Shown here piece by piece: positions 24,270-36,991 of a stretch of 64,000 nt of DNA. Both the position numbers and the translations under genes were made by a program. The notes under the pieces are model-generated. The model did not search any database. It had not been told where the DNA came from and saw only the letters and a list, made by a program, of their open reading frames with translations. Source of the stretch: Octopus sinensis (taxonomy: Eukaryota); assembly GCF_006345805.1 (NCBI RefSeq), contig NC_043009.1:54498001-54562000 (forward strand), in the 5' to 3' direction. How positions within the stretch are numbered: position 1 is the stretch's first letter; each line of letters opens with the position of its first letter.

Positions 24270-25107
24270 GACGAAATAACTTCTGAAATACAAATTTTTG
24301 ACAAAAACGTTAAGAATAAACCCTGTTCTTTGTGACACATTCTACTAGAATTGGAAGTTTGAAAGTGTTTAGTTAAAAAAATTAATTAAATAATCTGTAC
24401 GTCTAATTGAATAGATCTGAAATGGATGAAAGGCAAAGTCGACCTCGGCAGAATTTGAACTCAGGACGTAAAGAGAGACGAAATACTGCTTCTAAAGTAC
24501 AAAAGTTTGGCAAAAACGTTACGAGTAAACCCTGTTCTTTGTGACACATTCTACCAGTATCGAAAGTTTGAAAGTATTTAGTTAAAAAAAAATTAATTAA
24601 ATAATCTGTACGATTAATTGAATAGATCCAAAATGGATAAAAGACAAAGTCGACCTCGGCGGAATTTGAACTCAGAACGCAAAGACAGACGAAATACTCG
24701 TAAAATACAAAGTTTTATCAAAAACGTTAAGAGTAAACCCTGTCTTACGTGACACATTCTACCAATATCGGAAGTTTGAAAGTGTTTAGTTAAAAAATAA
24801 TTAATTAAATAATCTGTACGTCAAACTCGACCTCGGCGAAATTTGACCGCAAACGTAAAGACGGACGAAATATTCAACTGTGTTTCGTCTGTCTTTACGT
24901 TTGCGGAAATTTTGTATTTTAGGAGGAGTATTTCGTCTGTCTTTACGTTTGCGGAAATTTTGTATTTTAGGAGGAGTATTTCGTCTGTCTTTACGTTCAG
25001 AGTTCAAATTCCGCCGAGGTCGACTTTGCCTTTTATCCATTTAGGATCTATTCAATTAAACGTACACATTATTTAATTAATTATTTTTAACTAAATACTT
25101 TCAAACT
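24270..25107. repeat. Tandem array of ~208-bp SINE-containing units followed by an inverted unit carrying a 48-bp duplication
   Basis: AAAACGTTA.GA.TAAACCC at about 24304, 24513 and 24720; inverted copy from ~24880; the 48-bp repeat appears as KRKDRRNTPPKIQNFR x2 in the ORF track. Confidence 0.9.
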
Positions 25108-25817
25108 AACGTTTCTGCCAGCTCACCGACTTAGAACGTATACATTCATTTTAGAAATATATTCTTTATTCTCATTGCTAAGCGTTACTCCCTTACTTTC
25201 TTACTTACTGACATTAAATTTCGTAACATTTTACCTCATAACTCTTTTTCTACTAATTTTTGTTCAATGCGACTAACACTTCTGAATTCCTCATGCATTT
25301 TTCTATCATTTAAGCCTAAGAAAAGAATACCTTTAGGTTAAAATTAAAATATTTATGTTAAATGAAGGTGAATATCTGCCTTACTGCCCTCTTGAGGTCG
25401 CAAATATTTCGATGTAACTTTTTTTCTACTGAACCTAGTCTCAAACTATTTATGCCAAAGTGTAGCTGAGAAGGCGACCTCCTTAAATCTATGAACAGTT
25501 AGCAATTAATTTGAGAACTTAATTAGTGGTCATGCTTGGAAGCTGCTGCGACTGACGCAATGGTGGACTTAAGAGTATATTCAACCACTACGGTGGATGA
25601 ATGATATTCTTTCATTCTTATTCTTTTTATTTCTTTTCCGGATGATCGGCTTGAACGGTTCTAGTCTATCACATTGGCTTCGGTTCTAATTTTCATTTGA
25701 TGCGTATCTCATTCATCTCAGTTTATAGCATCTAAATTTTATAGTTTGGTATATATGGAATCACTCGGACCCTCTGGTTCACACTGTTACAGACATACAC
25801 ATCAGAAATATATATGC

Positions 25818-25875
25818 ACGGTTAGGATTCTGCGGTCTCGGCGCGGCGGCCAGGATTCGTTTCCCCGCGTGTGAA
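25818..25875 (+). pseudogene. 5'-truncated, degenerate tRNA-Glu(CTC)-like remnant
   Basis: GGTTAGGATTC-TGCGG-TCTCGG-CGCGG-CGGCCAGGATTCGTTTCCC resembles eukaryotic tRNA-Glu GGTTAGGATTC…CTCAC…CGGCCCGGGTTCGATTCCC; the 5' acceptor strand is missing. Confidence 0.45.
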
Positions 25876-25955
25876 ATGCTCCGCTTTTTACTGGTGGTGC
25901 TCCAGCATGGCCACAGCCTAAATACGGGATACATAAAAGAATATATATATATATG

Positions 25956-26011
<56 letters not shown>

Positions 26012-27397
26012 ATAACTTTAGTATTGAGCATAACCAGACATTTTTGAACCGTCAGTGTATTTGTAAATTAATTAAAATTTGCCACTTACATAAAGCAATT
26101 GCAAACATTTGTCATGTTTATACAACTTCACCAGGGACATAGAAGAAGATATCCATTGAACGATATTATTTCTGATATTATTACACTTTTCATTAGCAAG
26201 CAGTTATCCTACATTTTACAGTCACTTCAAAATTATGTTAAAATTAGCCTTGTTATGCTTATAACAAGACATATATATGACTGTTAGTTTTATTATGCCA
26301 ATTACTGGCATAACAGCAGTGTTTATGTTTCATATTAAACTTTACTATGGAGCAATATCCTCAAGTTTCTTCCTTATGTTTTTATCAACTCAAATCTACT
26401 GCAGAAAACACTTTCTCCGAAAATTATAAAATTATATTTGCAGCTGGCTCGAACCCCAAACCAGCTTGTTGTGAAACGAACTTCTTAACCACAAAACTAT
26501 AATTTTCGCCTCAAACTGCGCAGTTTCAAAGACATATACTCTGTCTTCTCTCGATATCAGCTACAACAATCGATTATACAGCAGCGAAGTTTGTTAATTT
26601 TCTATAAAGGAAAGATTTTCAGTTTATAAACATTTTGCCAACCAACATTCTTTATACATTTGTTTATTTCTTATTCCTGTTGTTGTTGATGCTGACGTCG
26701 TTTTCATTATTGGTAGTGCTAGTAATGATGTTGGTATTCTTGTAGGCGTTAGCATTGGTGATGTTATTTTTATCATAATTTTGGTAATTTTTTTTTACTT
26801 TCAGTTAATGATATTTGGTCATGATATCTGTCATTCTAGAGAACATTCTAAAATTGGTTTATACAAGATATTTGTTATTTGTATTTTCCGTCCTTTTATT
26901 TTATGTATTTTTCTGCTGAAACAATAAATATCATCATATTTTGAAAAATCTATATTCTCAAGAACAACTAAAACAACATCGTCAACAATGACAACAACAA
27001 CAACAACAACTAGAATAACAAAATTAGCTGCAACCACTATTATAGTAACGTAAAAGAAAGGAAAGGAAATAGACTACAACAACATCCCTTCATATTTCTA
27101 TACTGAATTTTAGATTCAATTGAAAGCATAGAACTATTCTCAAATAGCTACCGGAAGTACAGGAAGTATATTTTATTTTAGTGTTTAAATTTATTTTTTT
27201 GTTCTTTTTCGATACCACTCCAGATTAAGAGTACAAAGATCATCGAAAATTTGTGACAACGTCAATTCCTAACTACTACAGTTCCGTCATAAATACAACA
27301 CACTCTATTTATATTTCTGTCAATACAATAAAAACATATATATACATTTATTATTATTATCATTATTATTATCGTTATTATTATTATTATTATTATT

Positions 27398-28305
27398 GTT
27401 CAGTAGTTTTATTTTTATAGCGTGCTTTCACTTCACTACCGAGCACAGCTCTGTGTGCCTTGGGTATGTGCTGTGATTTGTTGTGATGCTCTGATGGTTA
27501 TTGTATGGAAAGTGTTCTGCGTAGGATGTGTGCAGTGCCTAGTAGTGCATTTTTCTGTATGTTATATGTGTTTGTAAGTCCTGGTGTTTTTGTTATGTAT
27601 TGTCTGAATATTTTTTTATCATGCCTAATGCACCTACTATGATAGGAATTGTTTCTGTTTTCAGATTCCACATTCTAGTTACCTCTATTTCCAGGTCTTT
27701 GTATTTTGAGAGTTTCTCCATTTCTTTTAGAGACACGTTGTCATCAGCCGGTATTGATACATCAATTAGAAAGCATTTTTTTTCTTCATGATCTCTGACA
27801 ACTATATCTGGTCTGTTGGCCTTAATTTCTCTATCTGTGTGTATCGGCATATCCCAGAGTATGGTTGCTTTCTCGTTTTCTGTGACCTTTTTTGGTGTGT
27901 GCCTATACCATCTTTTTTCTGTTGTTATTCCATAATGTTGGCATAGCTTCCAATGTATGTAGGTTCCAACTCTGTCATGTCTGTGAATATATTCCTTCTT
28001 AGCCAAGACTGGGCAGCTAGAGATAATATGATTTATTGTTTCTTGTCCATCTCCACATATTCTGCAGTTACTTGTAATATTTCTTTTCATTACATGTTTT
28101 TGGTAATTTCTGGTGGGGAGGCTTTGGTCTTGTGCTGCAATTAAAAATCCCTCTGTTTCTGCTTTGAGTCCTGAGCTTCTCAACCATTGCTGGGATTTTT
28201 CTTTGTCTATTTCTTTTGCGTTTAGTTTAGTCCAGTATTTACCATGAAGGGGCTTTTCTTGCCATCGTTTTATCATGGTTCGTTGCTGTTCTATTTTTAG
28301 TTTGG

Positions 28306-28309
<4 letters not shown>
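27398..28309 (-). mobile_element. 5'-truncated R4/Dong-clade non-LTR retrotransposon (CCHC knuckle, restriction-like endonuclease, 3' UTR)
   Basis: ORF 27593-28429: KPLHGKYW, ETEGFLIAAQDQ, CRICG…ETINHIISSC, RHDRV, ANRPDIVV…LIDVSIP…EKLSKYKDL (PD-(D/E)xK); (AAT)n on both sides. Confidence 0.92.
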
Positions 28310-28362
<53 letters not shown>

Positions 28363-28366
28363 CATT

Positions 28367-28413
<47 letters not shown>

Positions 28414-28627
28414 GGCGAAGACCTGGCACAATCGTTAGTACACCAGACGAAATGCTTAGCGGTATGTTGCCCGTCGCTACGTTCTGAGTTCAAATTCCGC
28501 CGGGATTGACTTTGCCTTTCATTTTAAATGAAGTTCCAGTGAAACACTAAGGTCGATGTAATCGACTGGCCACTACACACACACACACACAATATTTCGG
28601 GCTCTGTGCCTATAATAGAAAGGATTA
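28414..28627 (+). mobile_element. SINE family 1 within an (AAT)n tract
   Basis: GGCGAAGACCTGGCACAATCGTTAG…GAGTTCAAATTCCG…GGTCGATGTAATCGAC. Confidence 0.85.
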
Positions 28628-28659
<32 letters not shown>

Positions 28660-28662
<3 letters not shown>

Positions 28663-29088
28663 TAGTTTTATTTTTTATAGCGTGCTTTCACTTCACTACC
28701 GAGCGCAGCTCTGTGTGCCTTGGGTATGTGCTGTGATTTGTTGTGATGCTCTGATGGTTATTGTATGGAAAGTGTTCTGCGTAGGATGTGTGCAGTGCCT
28801 AGTAGTGCATTTTTCTGTATGTTATATGTGTTTGTAAGTCCTGGTGTTTTTGTTATGTATTTGTCTGAATATTTTTTTACCATGCCTAATGCACCTACTA
28901 TGATAGGAATTGTTTCTGTTTTCAGATTCCACATTTTAGTTACCTCTATTTCCAGGTCTTTGTATTTTGAGAGTTTCTCCATTTCTTTTAGAGACACGTT
29001 GTCATCTGCCGGTATTGATACATCAATTAGAAAGCATTTTTTTTCTTCATGATCTCTGACAACTATATCTGGTCTGTTGGCCTTAATT
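28660..29088 (-). mobile_element. Shorter 5'-truncated copy of the same Dong-like family as 27398-28309
   Basis: Near-identical to the 3' ~430 bp of the previous copy; begins at IKANRPD; (AAT)n flanks. Confidence 0.92.
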
Positions 29089-29144
29089 TATTATTATTAT
29101 TATTATTATTATTATCATTATTATTATTGTTATTATTATTATTA

Positions 29145-29179
<35 letters not shown>

Positions 29180-29669
29180 GTCATTTACTTTTAATCTGCA
29201 TGTTTGATGCAATCACTTGCCGGGGCACACCCAGCGCCCTAGGGCAAGTGAAGGTTAAGAGTTGTTGAAATATAGCTGAAAGCTTGGGGAGGGGAAGTAG
29301 AGAAATATCTCCATGTAATACAAACACAAACATTTACATTGATAGGGTTTTTCTAAGGATGTGGGCAGTACTTGTTAGCACTATCTTTTGGATTTCCTTG
29401 AGACATGGTTCTCCAGGGATATTGTCTAGGTGTTTCTGACATCCCTTTTTTATCATACCTAGGGCACCTACAATAAGAGGAACAGTTTTTGTTTTAAGAT
29501 TCCACATCTTTTGTATTTCGATTTCCAGGTCCTTATATTTACTAAGTTTGTCAAATTCCTTTACAGATACATTTTTATCAGTGGGGACGCTTACCTCTAT
29601 TAGTCTGCAGGTATTTTCTTCCCTGTCTTTAACAATTATGTCTGGTCGATTAGCCTTGATCGTTCTGTT
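29180..29669 (-). mobile_element. 5'-truncated Dong-like element, different subfamily
   Basis: RTIKANRPDIIVKD…LIEVSVP…EFDKLSKYKDLEIEI…AHILRKTLSM*, a distinct 3' UTR and an (AAT)n tail. Confidence 0.9.
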
Positions 29670-29685
29670 AATAATAATAATAATA

Positions 29686-29726
<41 letters not shown>

Positions 29727-29765
29727 TATTATTATTATGATCATTATTATTATTATCATTATTAA

Positions 29766-29978
29766 GGCAGTGAGGTGGCAGAATCGTTAGCACGCCGGAC
29801 AAAATGCTCAGCGACATCTCGTCTGTCTTTTTTTTCTGAGTTGAAATTTCGCTGTGGTCGATTTTGCCTTTCATCCTTTTTGGGGATCGATAAAATAAGT
29901 TTCAGTTGAACACTGGGATCGATTTAATCGACTTAACCTATCCTCCGATCTTGGTGGCCTTGTGTCAAAATGTGAAAT
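29766..29978 (+). mobile_element. SINE family 1
   Basis: GGCAGTGAGGTGGCAGAATCGTTAGCACGCCGG…GAGTTGAAATTTCG. Confidence 0.85.
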
Positions 29979-30068
29979 CATCATTATTGTTATTGTTGTT
30001 GTCGATGTTGTTGTCGTCGTTGTTGATCTTGTGCCTGTATTAGAAAGGATTATTATTATTATTATTAT

Positions 30069-30467
30069 TGAGTGAGAGAGTGGTGCATGCCATCAAAGTG
30101 ACACTGGGGTAAAATATACGAAGCCCAGTATACCCCTCATGACTACCCGTCTGATAAGGGTACACCAGGCACATGCATCACAACCATATGTGCGCGACAT
30201 GGTGATCTCATATCAAGATAAAAAGCACATGACCTTGCAGGCGGGGCCCAGTTAGAATTTTCTTCTGGTCGAGCAACTCATCCCACTCAAAAGGTCCCTG
30301 AATAAGAGTTGTTTAAGGATGTTGAACGAAACATCCATGCTTCCAGACGTGAATTATTCAAACTCCAAAGAATCCCTCTCAACACATGGCTATGATGCTC
30401 CTCCACTACTTCTGCTCGTGATCAAAGATGCACATATCGTCAGCCCCTAAGGGACATGCTCAACTGG
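30069..30467 (-). mobile_element. Non-coding dispersed-repeat fragment ending in an (AAT)n tail; family unclassified
   Basis: Complex non-coding sequence running into (AAT)n on the minus strand. I recall it as a repeated cephalopod element but have not verified this. Confidence 0.5.
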
Positions 30468-31698
30468 TTTTCCAGGGTGACTCTTTATCACCACTCCTCT
30501 TTTGTCTAGCCTTAATGCCGCTCTCAAAATTGCACGATGATGTACAATATGGCTATAAAATGTTAGATGAAAATATAAATCGTCTAATTTACATGGATGA
30601 TTTAAAGCACTTTGCAAAAAATGACCAACAACTACAGGGTTTACTAGCGATTGTTAAACAATTCAGTGATGACACCAGGATGCAATCTGTCCTCGATAAA
30701 TGTGCAAAAGCTAGCTTTATTAAAGGGAAAATTACAGAAGCATCCAAAGTTAAGCTTGACCAGAAGGATGTCATAAAGGAGTTAGAACTAGCAGAGAGCT
30801 ACAAAAACATAGGGTTATTTGAAAGTGATGGAATGAATCCTTTAGCGATGAGGGAAAGGATCAGAAGAGTATGTTATCGCAGGGTAAAGGCAATACTCAA
30901 GACAGAGCTGTGTGCAAGAAACAGGATCGAAGCTATCAATACCTTAGCCATACCGGTCGTGACAGTTTCAATATCATTAACTGGTCAATTACTGAAATAT
31001 GTAATCTTGAGAGAAAAATACGAAAATTGTTGACAATGCATAGAATGCACCACCCTAAGGCGGATATAGAACGAATCTACTTGCCACTAAAAGAGGCTGG
31101 CCGTGGGCTTTTCCAGCTGGAATTATCAGTGAAGATTGCCACTATTGGTCTAAACACCTCCCAGAAAAACTCTGATGACAGGATGTTAAAATGTCTGAAA
31201 GCATGGAAAAAATAAAGCATCATACTCAGTAGCAAAACAGGCAAAGGAATATATAAGTGAATTCCAAATACAACAATGAAAACCCGTGCTAAAACTGCTG
31301 CATTAGATATTCTGAATGATAAATGGCAAGAAAAGCCTCACAATGGCAAATACCCAAATAGAGCTAATAGTACCGATGTTGACAAAGCCATTACCCATCA
31401 ATAGTTAGCGTCTTCTGGCTCAAAATCAGAAACAGAAGTGTTTACCATAGCAGCCCAAGATCAATGCCTACCTACAAGAAACTGCCAAGTCAACATATTA
31501 AAAAACGGCTGTAGCCCAACATGCCGTGTATTTACGCAACAAAATGAAACCAACGACCATGTTGTCTCCATGTGCAGTGAATATCTCAACAGGCATGATA
31601 GAGCAGCACAATATATTCAGTGGGTAATTTGCAAAAGCCTGGGCATGCCCCATGATAAAAACTGATGGGAACACACACTAACTCCAGTGCTTGAAAAT
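30468..31698 (+). mobile_element. R4/Dong-clade RT, thumb and zinc-knuckle segment (pseudogene), inverted relative to its 5' half
   Basis: FQGDSLSPLLF, YMDDLK, DKCAK, RNRIEAINTLAIPVV, MHHPKADIERIYLP…GRGL, AAQDQCLPTRN, RHDRA; frameshifts and stops present. Confidence 0.9.
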
Positions 31699-33617
31699 GC
31701 CACATGAAATTCTTACATCTCCAGTACTGAGAGATTCATTGACACTGTTCAAAGTCAGTGTGGTTCTCCATGATCTCATACATAAAGACAAGAGGTTTCT
31801 CAGAGTAGGTGCTATTTTATACATTTCTAGACATTTCTTAATCCAGCTATGCGGTAGACTATCAAAAGCTTTTTCATAGTCTATCCAGGCTATCGACGAG
31901 CTTTTGTGTTGTATGTGACAATCTTCCAAAATCATCTTATATCAATAAGATAAGTGGCTTATTTTTACAAACATAGAATCCACGTTTACATCTGTTTTGC
32001 TCATTAGGGAATATGCCACTTTCTATTAAAAAAACTATATTCAGTCAAGACAGATGTTAGTATTTTATACATTGTTGTTAAGCAGGTTATGGGTCTATAA
32101 TTGTTTAATTCCTTTGTTGTACATTTTTTGGAAGTAGGAATGTAACACCATTAACTAGCCAAGAAGGAGTCATACTAGGTTGTTGCAAAACATTGTTGTA
32201 AAGCTTTGTTAGCAGTTCATGGCTCTCTGGGAAGGCATTCAACCAGAAGTTAAGAGTTTCATCCTTTCCTGGAGACTTCCATTTGCTTGACATCCTGAGA
32301 GCAGATCTTACATCCTCTACCTTGATACCACCCACGTTTACTCTTCTAAGGAGTCTAAGTCTGTAGATATTCTATCAACCCAAGGGGCCTTTTCATTGCG
32401 TGTTTTTTCTTCTGCCCAAATTTTATTCCAAAATTCCTGCACTTCTTTTAATGGGACAGACTTTACTGTAAGTAGTATTTTCCTTATCTTCCTGTAAAAA
32501 TTTTGGGGATTACGTTTGAACATGTTGTTGACCTTGAAGAATCTAATGCGCTTTTCATACCTTGCTATGCGGGCAACTTTAGCACAGACCTTTCGCCTGA
32601 TAGTTTCTATGGTGGTATCGATGTCAATTGTGGTTTTCATATATTTTTTCTTTCATTTTCGGATATTTGTTTTATTGATAGTCTTGTCAAACTTAAGGTT
32701 TTTTTAAACATTCAATGTCAGACCTAAGCAGCTGAATTTGGTGTTGAATACGCTCTTGCCAAGTAGGCTTTTTGTGGGAATGTTGTCGTTTTCTAATCTT
32801 TTCACCACATAGGATCGTTGAGATTTTCGCGGATGCATAGTACAGGTGGTTGAGATCTGTAATATCAACACTATTAGCTGAAATTATGTCCTCAAGTGCA
32901 AGGCTTTGGTTAGAATTGCACATTTTTGGAAGAGTGTCGCATTCATTCATACTGGTTTCTTTAATCTTCAGCCATTCAATCATGATTTGATTCTTTTAGA
33001 TCAAATAGTTCTGTTGGGTTAATTTCTGTGCGACTTCCTTCATCTATTTGATTTTCATCTGCCTTAGTTTTTATGGTTGCTTCAGAGAGTATTTCACTTT
33101 GCTAATCAGTTATATTAATTCGTTCTATCATTATTGCATTTTCATCAGACCTGGGCTGGTCTATAATTATTTCTTCTGTAATATTTTCTTTAGCAGCAAC
33201 TTCGTTCCTTTTATCATTTACTGATTGTTCAATTTGATCAATCTCTAATTCAGTTAGTAATTTCTTTTTCATCATGTTTCTTCTGACGTTGGCAAGTTTA
33301 TTACTGTCTACGTAGGGTCTTACTTCAAAGTGTTTCTGTCTCCATTTTAAACATGTTCGTACAGTATTAGATTTGTTTGAGGGGAAATACATGGCATGAT
33401 AGAAGGCTTTAAAAACTTCTTTATTATCTCCCCTAGAATATTTTTCACCCTTTTTCTTTTGGTTATTTGATGACGACTATGGATGGAAATCTGTTGGAAA
33501 ATTCCGGCTGAGGGGTACTGCCTTCTTTGATTCGGGAACATTTGAACCAGTCGCTAATTTTTCGTACCCAATCTGGTTCATCACTCGGGTACGCGGCCCT
33601 TGTTCTTCTGGTTCTTG
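31693..33617 (-). mobile_element. 5' half of an R4/Dong-clade element (N-terminal region to RT motif B), pseudogene
   Basis: KEVFKAFYHAMYFP…KLANVRR, KPTWQERI, EFWNKIW, WKSPGKD…NFWL, AWIDYEKAFDSLPHSW, ending at VRISCGIF; the 5' boundary is approximate. Confidence 0.88.
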
Positions 33618-33774
33618 TTATCATCATTATCATCATCATTGGTGATCATGGCGAAAACGATTGTGTGGAGGCCGACGCTTAAAGGCTTGAGAAAAGATAC
33701 CCTTCTCTTCGACCAAACCCTTATTGATTTTTAAAAGCTCCACTTCAAAATGAAAATGGGCATAGACAAGAGAG

Positions 33775-33826
<52 letters not shown>

Positions 33827-34281
33827 TTTCTTTCTCTCTCTCTCTTTCTCTCTTTTCACTCTCTCTGTCAGAAGTAAGTGACTAAAGCAAATATAATTAG
33901 GATGAATGTATCTATTTCATCCCACACACAAACTGTAAACTACCCTTGTTTTGTCCCCCACATTTGATGTCCCTGTGGCAAATAAAGAAATCATTATCAT
34001 TATTGTTGTTGCTATTTTTCTTCTTGTTAAAATCGTTTGTTATTGTTGTTGAAATGTCCTTTCTTTAAATATAATATGACAGTTTTGTCGTCTTTATATC
34101 TGTAAAAAAAGACGATTTTATTTCAGTATGAATATTTTTCAAAGAATCACTTTCATTGAATTCTGCTCTGTGTAAAATTAGCGTCTATTTTGGAGCAAAA
34201 CTTGATGACATGCTCACCGCGCTTCGTACAAATATAGCAGAAAAGGAGATTAAGATAGACAGAAGAAAACACAGAGAGACG

Positions 34282-34312
<31 letters not shown>

Positions 34313-34385
34313 CGGGTTAACCTGCAAGAGATCGTTTCTATATTGCTAAATGTTATTGTTATTATCCATATTATTATATCATTAA

Positions 34386-34597
34386 GGCACCGAGTTGGCA
34401 GAATCATTACCGCGTCAGACAAAATGCTCGGCGGCATCTCGTCTGTCTTTACCTTCTGAGTTCAAATTCAGCCGAAGTCAACTTTAGCTCTCATCCTTTC
34501 GGGATCAATGAAATAAGAATCAATTGAGCACTGGGGTCGATCTAATAAATTTACTCCCTCCCGCTAAATTTCAGGCCTTGTGCCTTTTGTAGAAAGG
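34386..34597 (+). mobile_element. SINE family 1 followed by an (ATT)n(CAT)n(ATT)n tract
   Basis: GGCACCGAGTTGGCAGAATC…GAGTTCAAATTCAG…GGGGTCGATCTAAT. Confidence 0.8.
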
Positions 34598-35660
<1,063 letters not shown>

Positions 35661-35992
35661 TGTTACTTTAGAAGTACATTTGAAGGTCTATCGTGGTAAT
35701 TTCATAGGACCTTTCAAGGTGAATTAGACCTCTGTCGTCTTCCTTTCGTGTATGTGTGTATACACATACACACACACACAGATGTTTATATATATATATA
35801 TACTTTAAAGTAGAAGGAATCGCTAAGATTTTTTTACTGCTATTTCTAAACTTCAGTATGTGGTGAAGCAAATCGTAGCAGAACCCTAATTATAAAGTAT
35901 TACTTAAGCTTACCATGAAATGGTCCTTTTCATACCGAATTCTACTTGGTGAAATTACTGATTACTTCTTAATTAATTAATTTCACCCTTTG

Positions 35993-36043
<51 letters not shown>

Positions 36044-36086
36044 TATATACATATACATACATACATTATATATATATATACATACA

Positions 36087-36169
<83 letters not shown>

Positions 36170-36314
36170 CAAACATATAAGGGATGGCCATAATAGGACA
36201 TCCGACTCACTAGAAAGAACAGTTAAACTCTAAACCACTAATAGTTGTAATTCTGAAATGGAAAGAGAAATATAAACGTTTACCCTCTCCTTTCTGGACT
36301 ATGCATAGTTTCTC

Positions 36315-36397
36315 CTTTCTGGACTATGCATGGTTTCGGCAATCTTTAGTAAATAAAATTAATTTATTTACAACTGGCGTGCCTCTTCAGCAGAAAG
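36315..36397 (-). ncRNA. Type I hammerhead ribozyme, copy 1
   Basis: 5'-CUUUCUG CUGAAGA GGCA[38 nt]UGCC GAA ACCAUGCAUAGU C^CAGAAAG-3': 7-bp helix I, canonical core, GUC cleavage triplet, one mismatch in helix III. Confidence 0.85.
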
Positions 36398-36768
36398 CCA
36401 AGGACTACCATATAGTCACGAAGCGATAATAACCATGCCTCGAGTCTATATGCTATAACTTTTCAAAATCCACCACACTCGCGCGGTTTTCTCGGCAGCA
36501 AATATAAACTGCCGATTTAATTTCAAAATTAGCCAAAAAAATCATTAATTAATAAATTTTAGGGTAGCAAAATATTCTAGAAAAATTCTCCGCTACCAGC
36601 GGTCAAGTGAGAAAGAAAAGATAGTCAATAGACTATATAATATACATTCAAACATATAAGGGATGGCCATAATAGGACATCCGACTCACTAGAAAGAGCA
36701 GTTAAACTCTAAACCACTTATAGTTGTAATTCTGAAATAGAAAGAGAAATAAAAACGTTTACCCTCTC

Positions 36769-36851
36769 CTTTCCGGACTATGCATAGTTTCGGCAATCTT
36801 TAGTATGTAAAATAAATTTATTTACAACTGGCATGCCTCTTCAGCAGAAAG
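36769..36851 (-). ncRNA. Type I hammerhead ribozyme, copy 2 (intact)
   Basis: 5'-CUUUCUG CUGAAGA GGCA[38 nt]UGCC GAA ACUAUGCAUAGU C^CGGAAAG-3': perfect 12-nt palindromic helix III; helix I has one G-U pair. Confidence 0.9.
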
Positions 36852-36939
36852 CTAAGGACTACCATATAGTCACGAAGCGATAATAACCATGTCTCGAGTC
36901 TATATGCTATAACTTTTCAAAATCCACCACACTCGCGCG

Positions 36940-36991
<52 letters not shown>

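Larger units (their letters stand above)
36167..36941 (-). mobile_element. Retrozyme-like non-autonomous retroelement: two ~300-bp direct repeats (36167-36487, 36646-36941), each with a hammerhead ribozyme, flanked by (TA)n
   Basis: The direct repeat is directly visible; no ORF; an HHR is present in each repeat (next two features). Confidence 0.8.
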
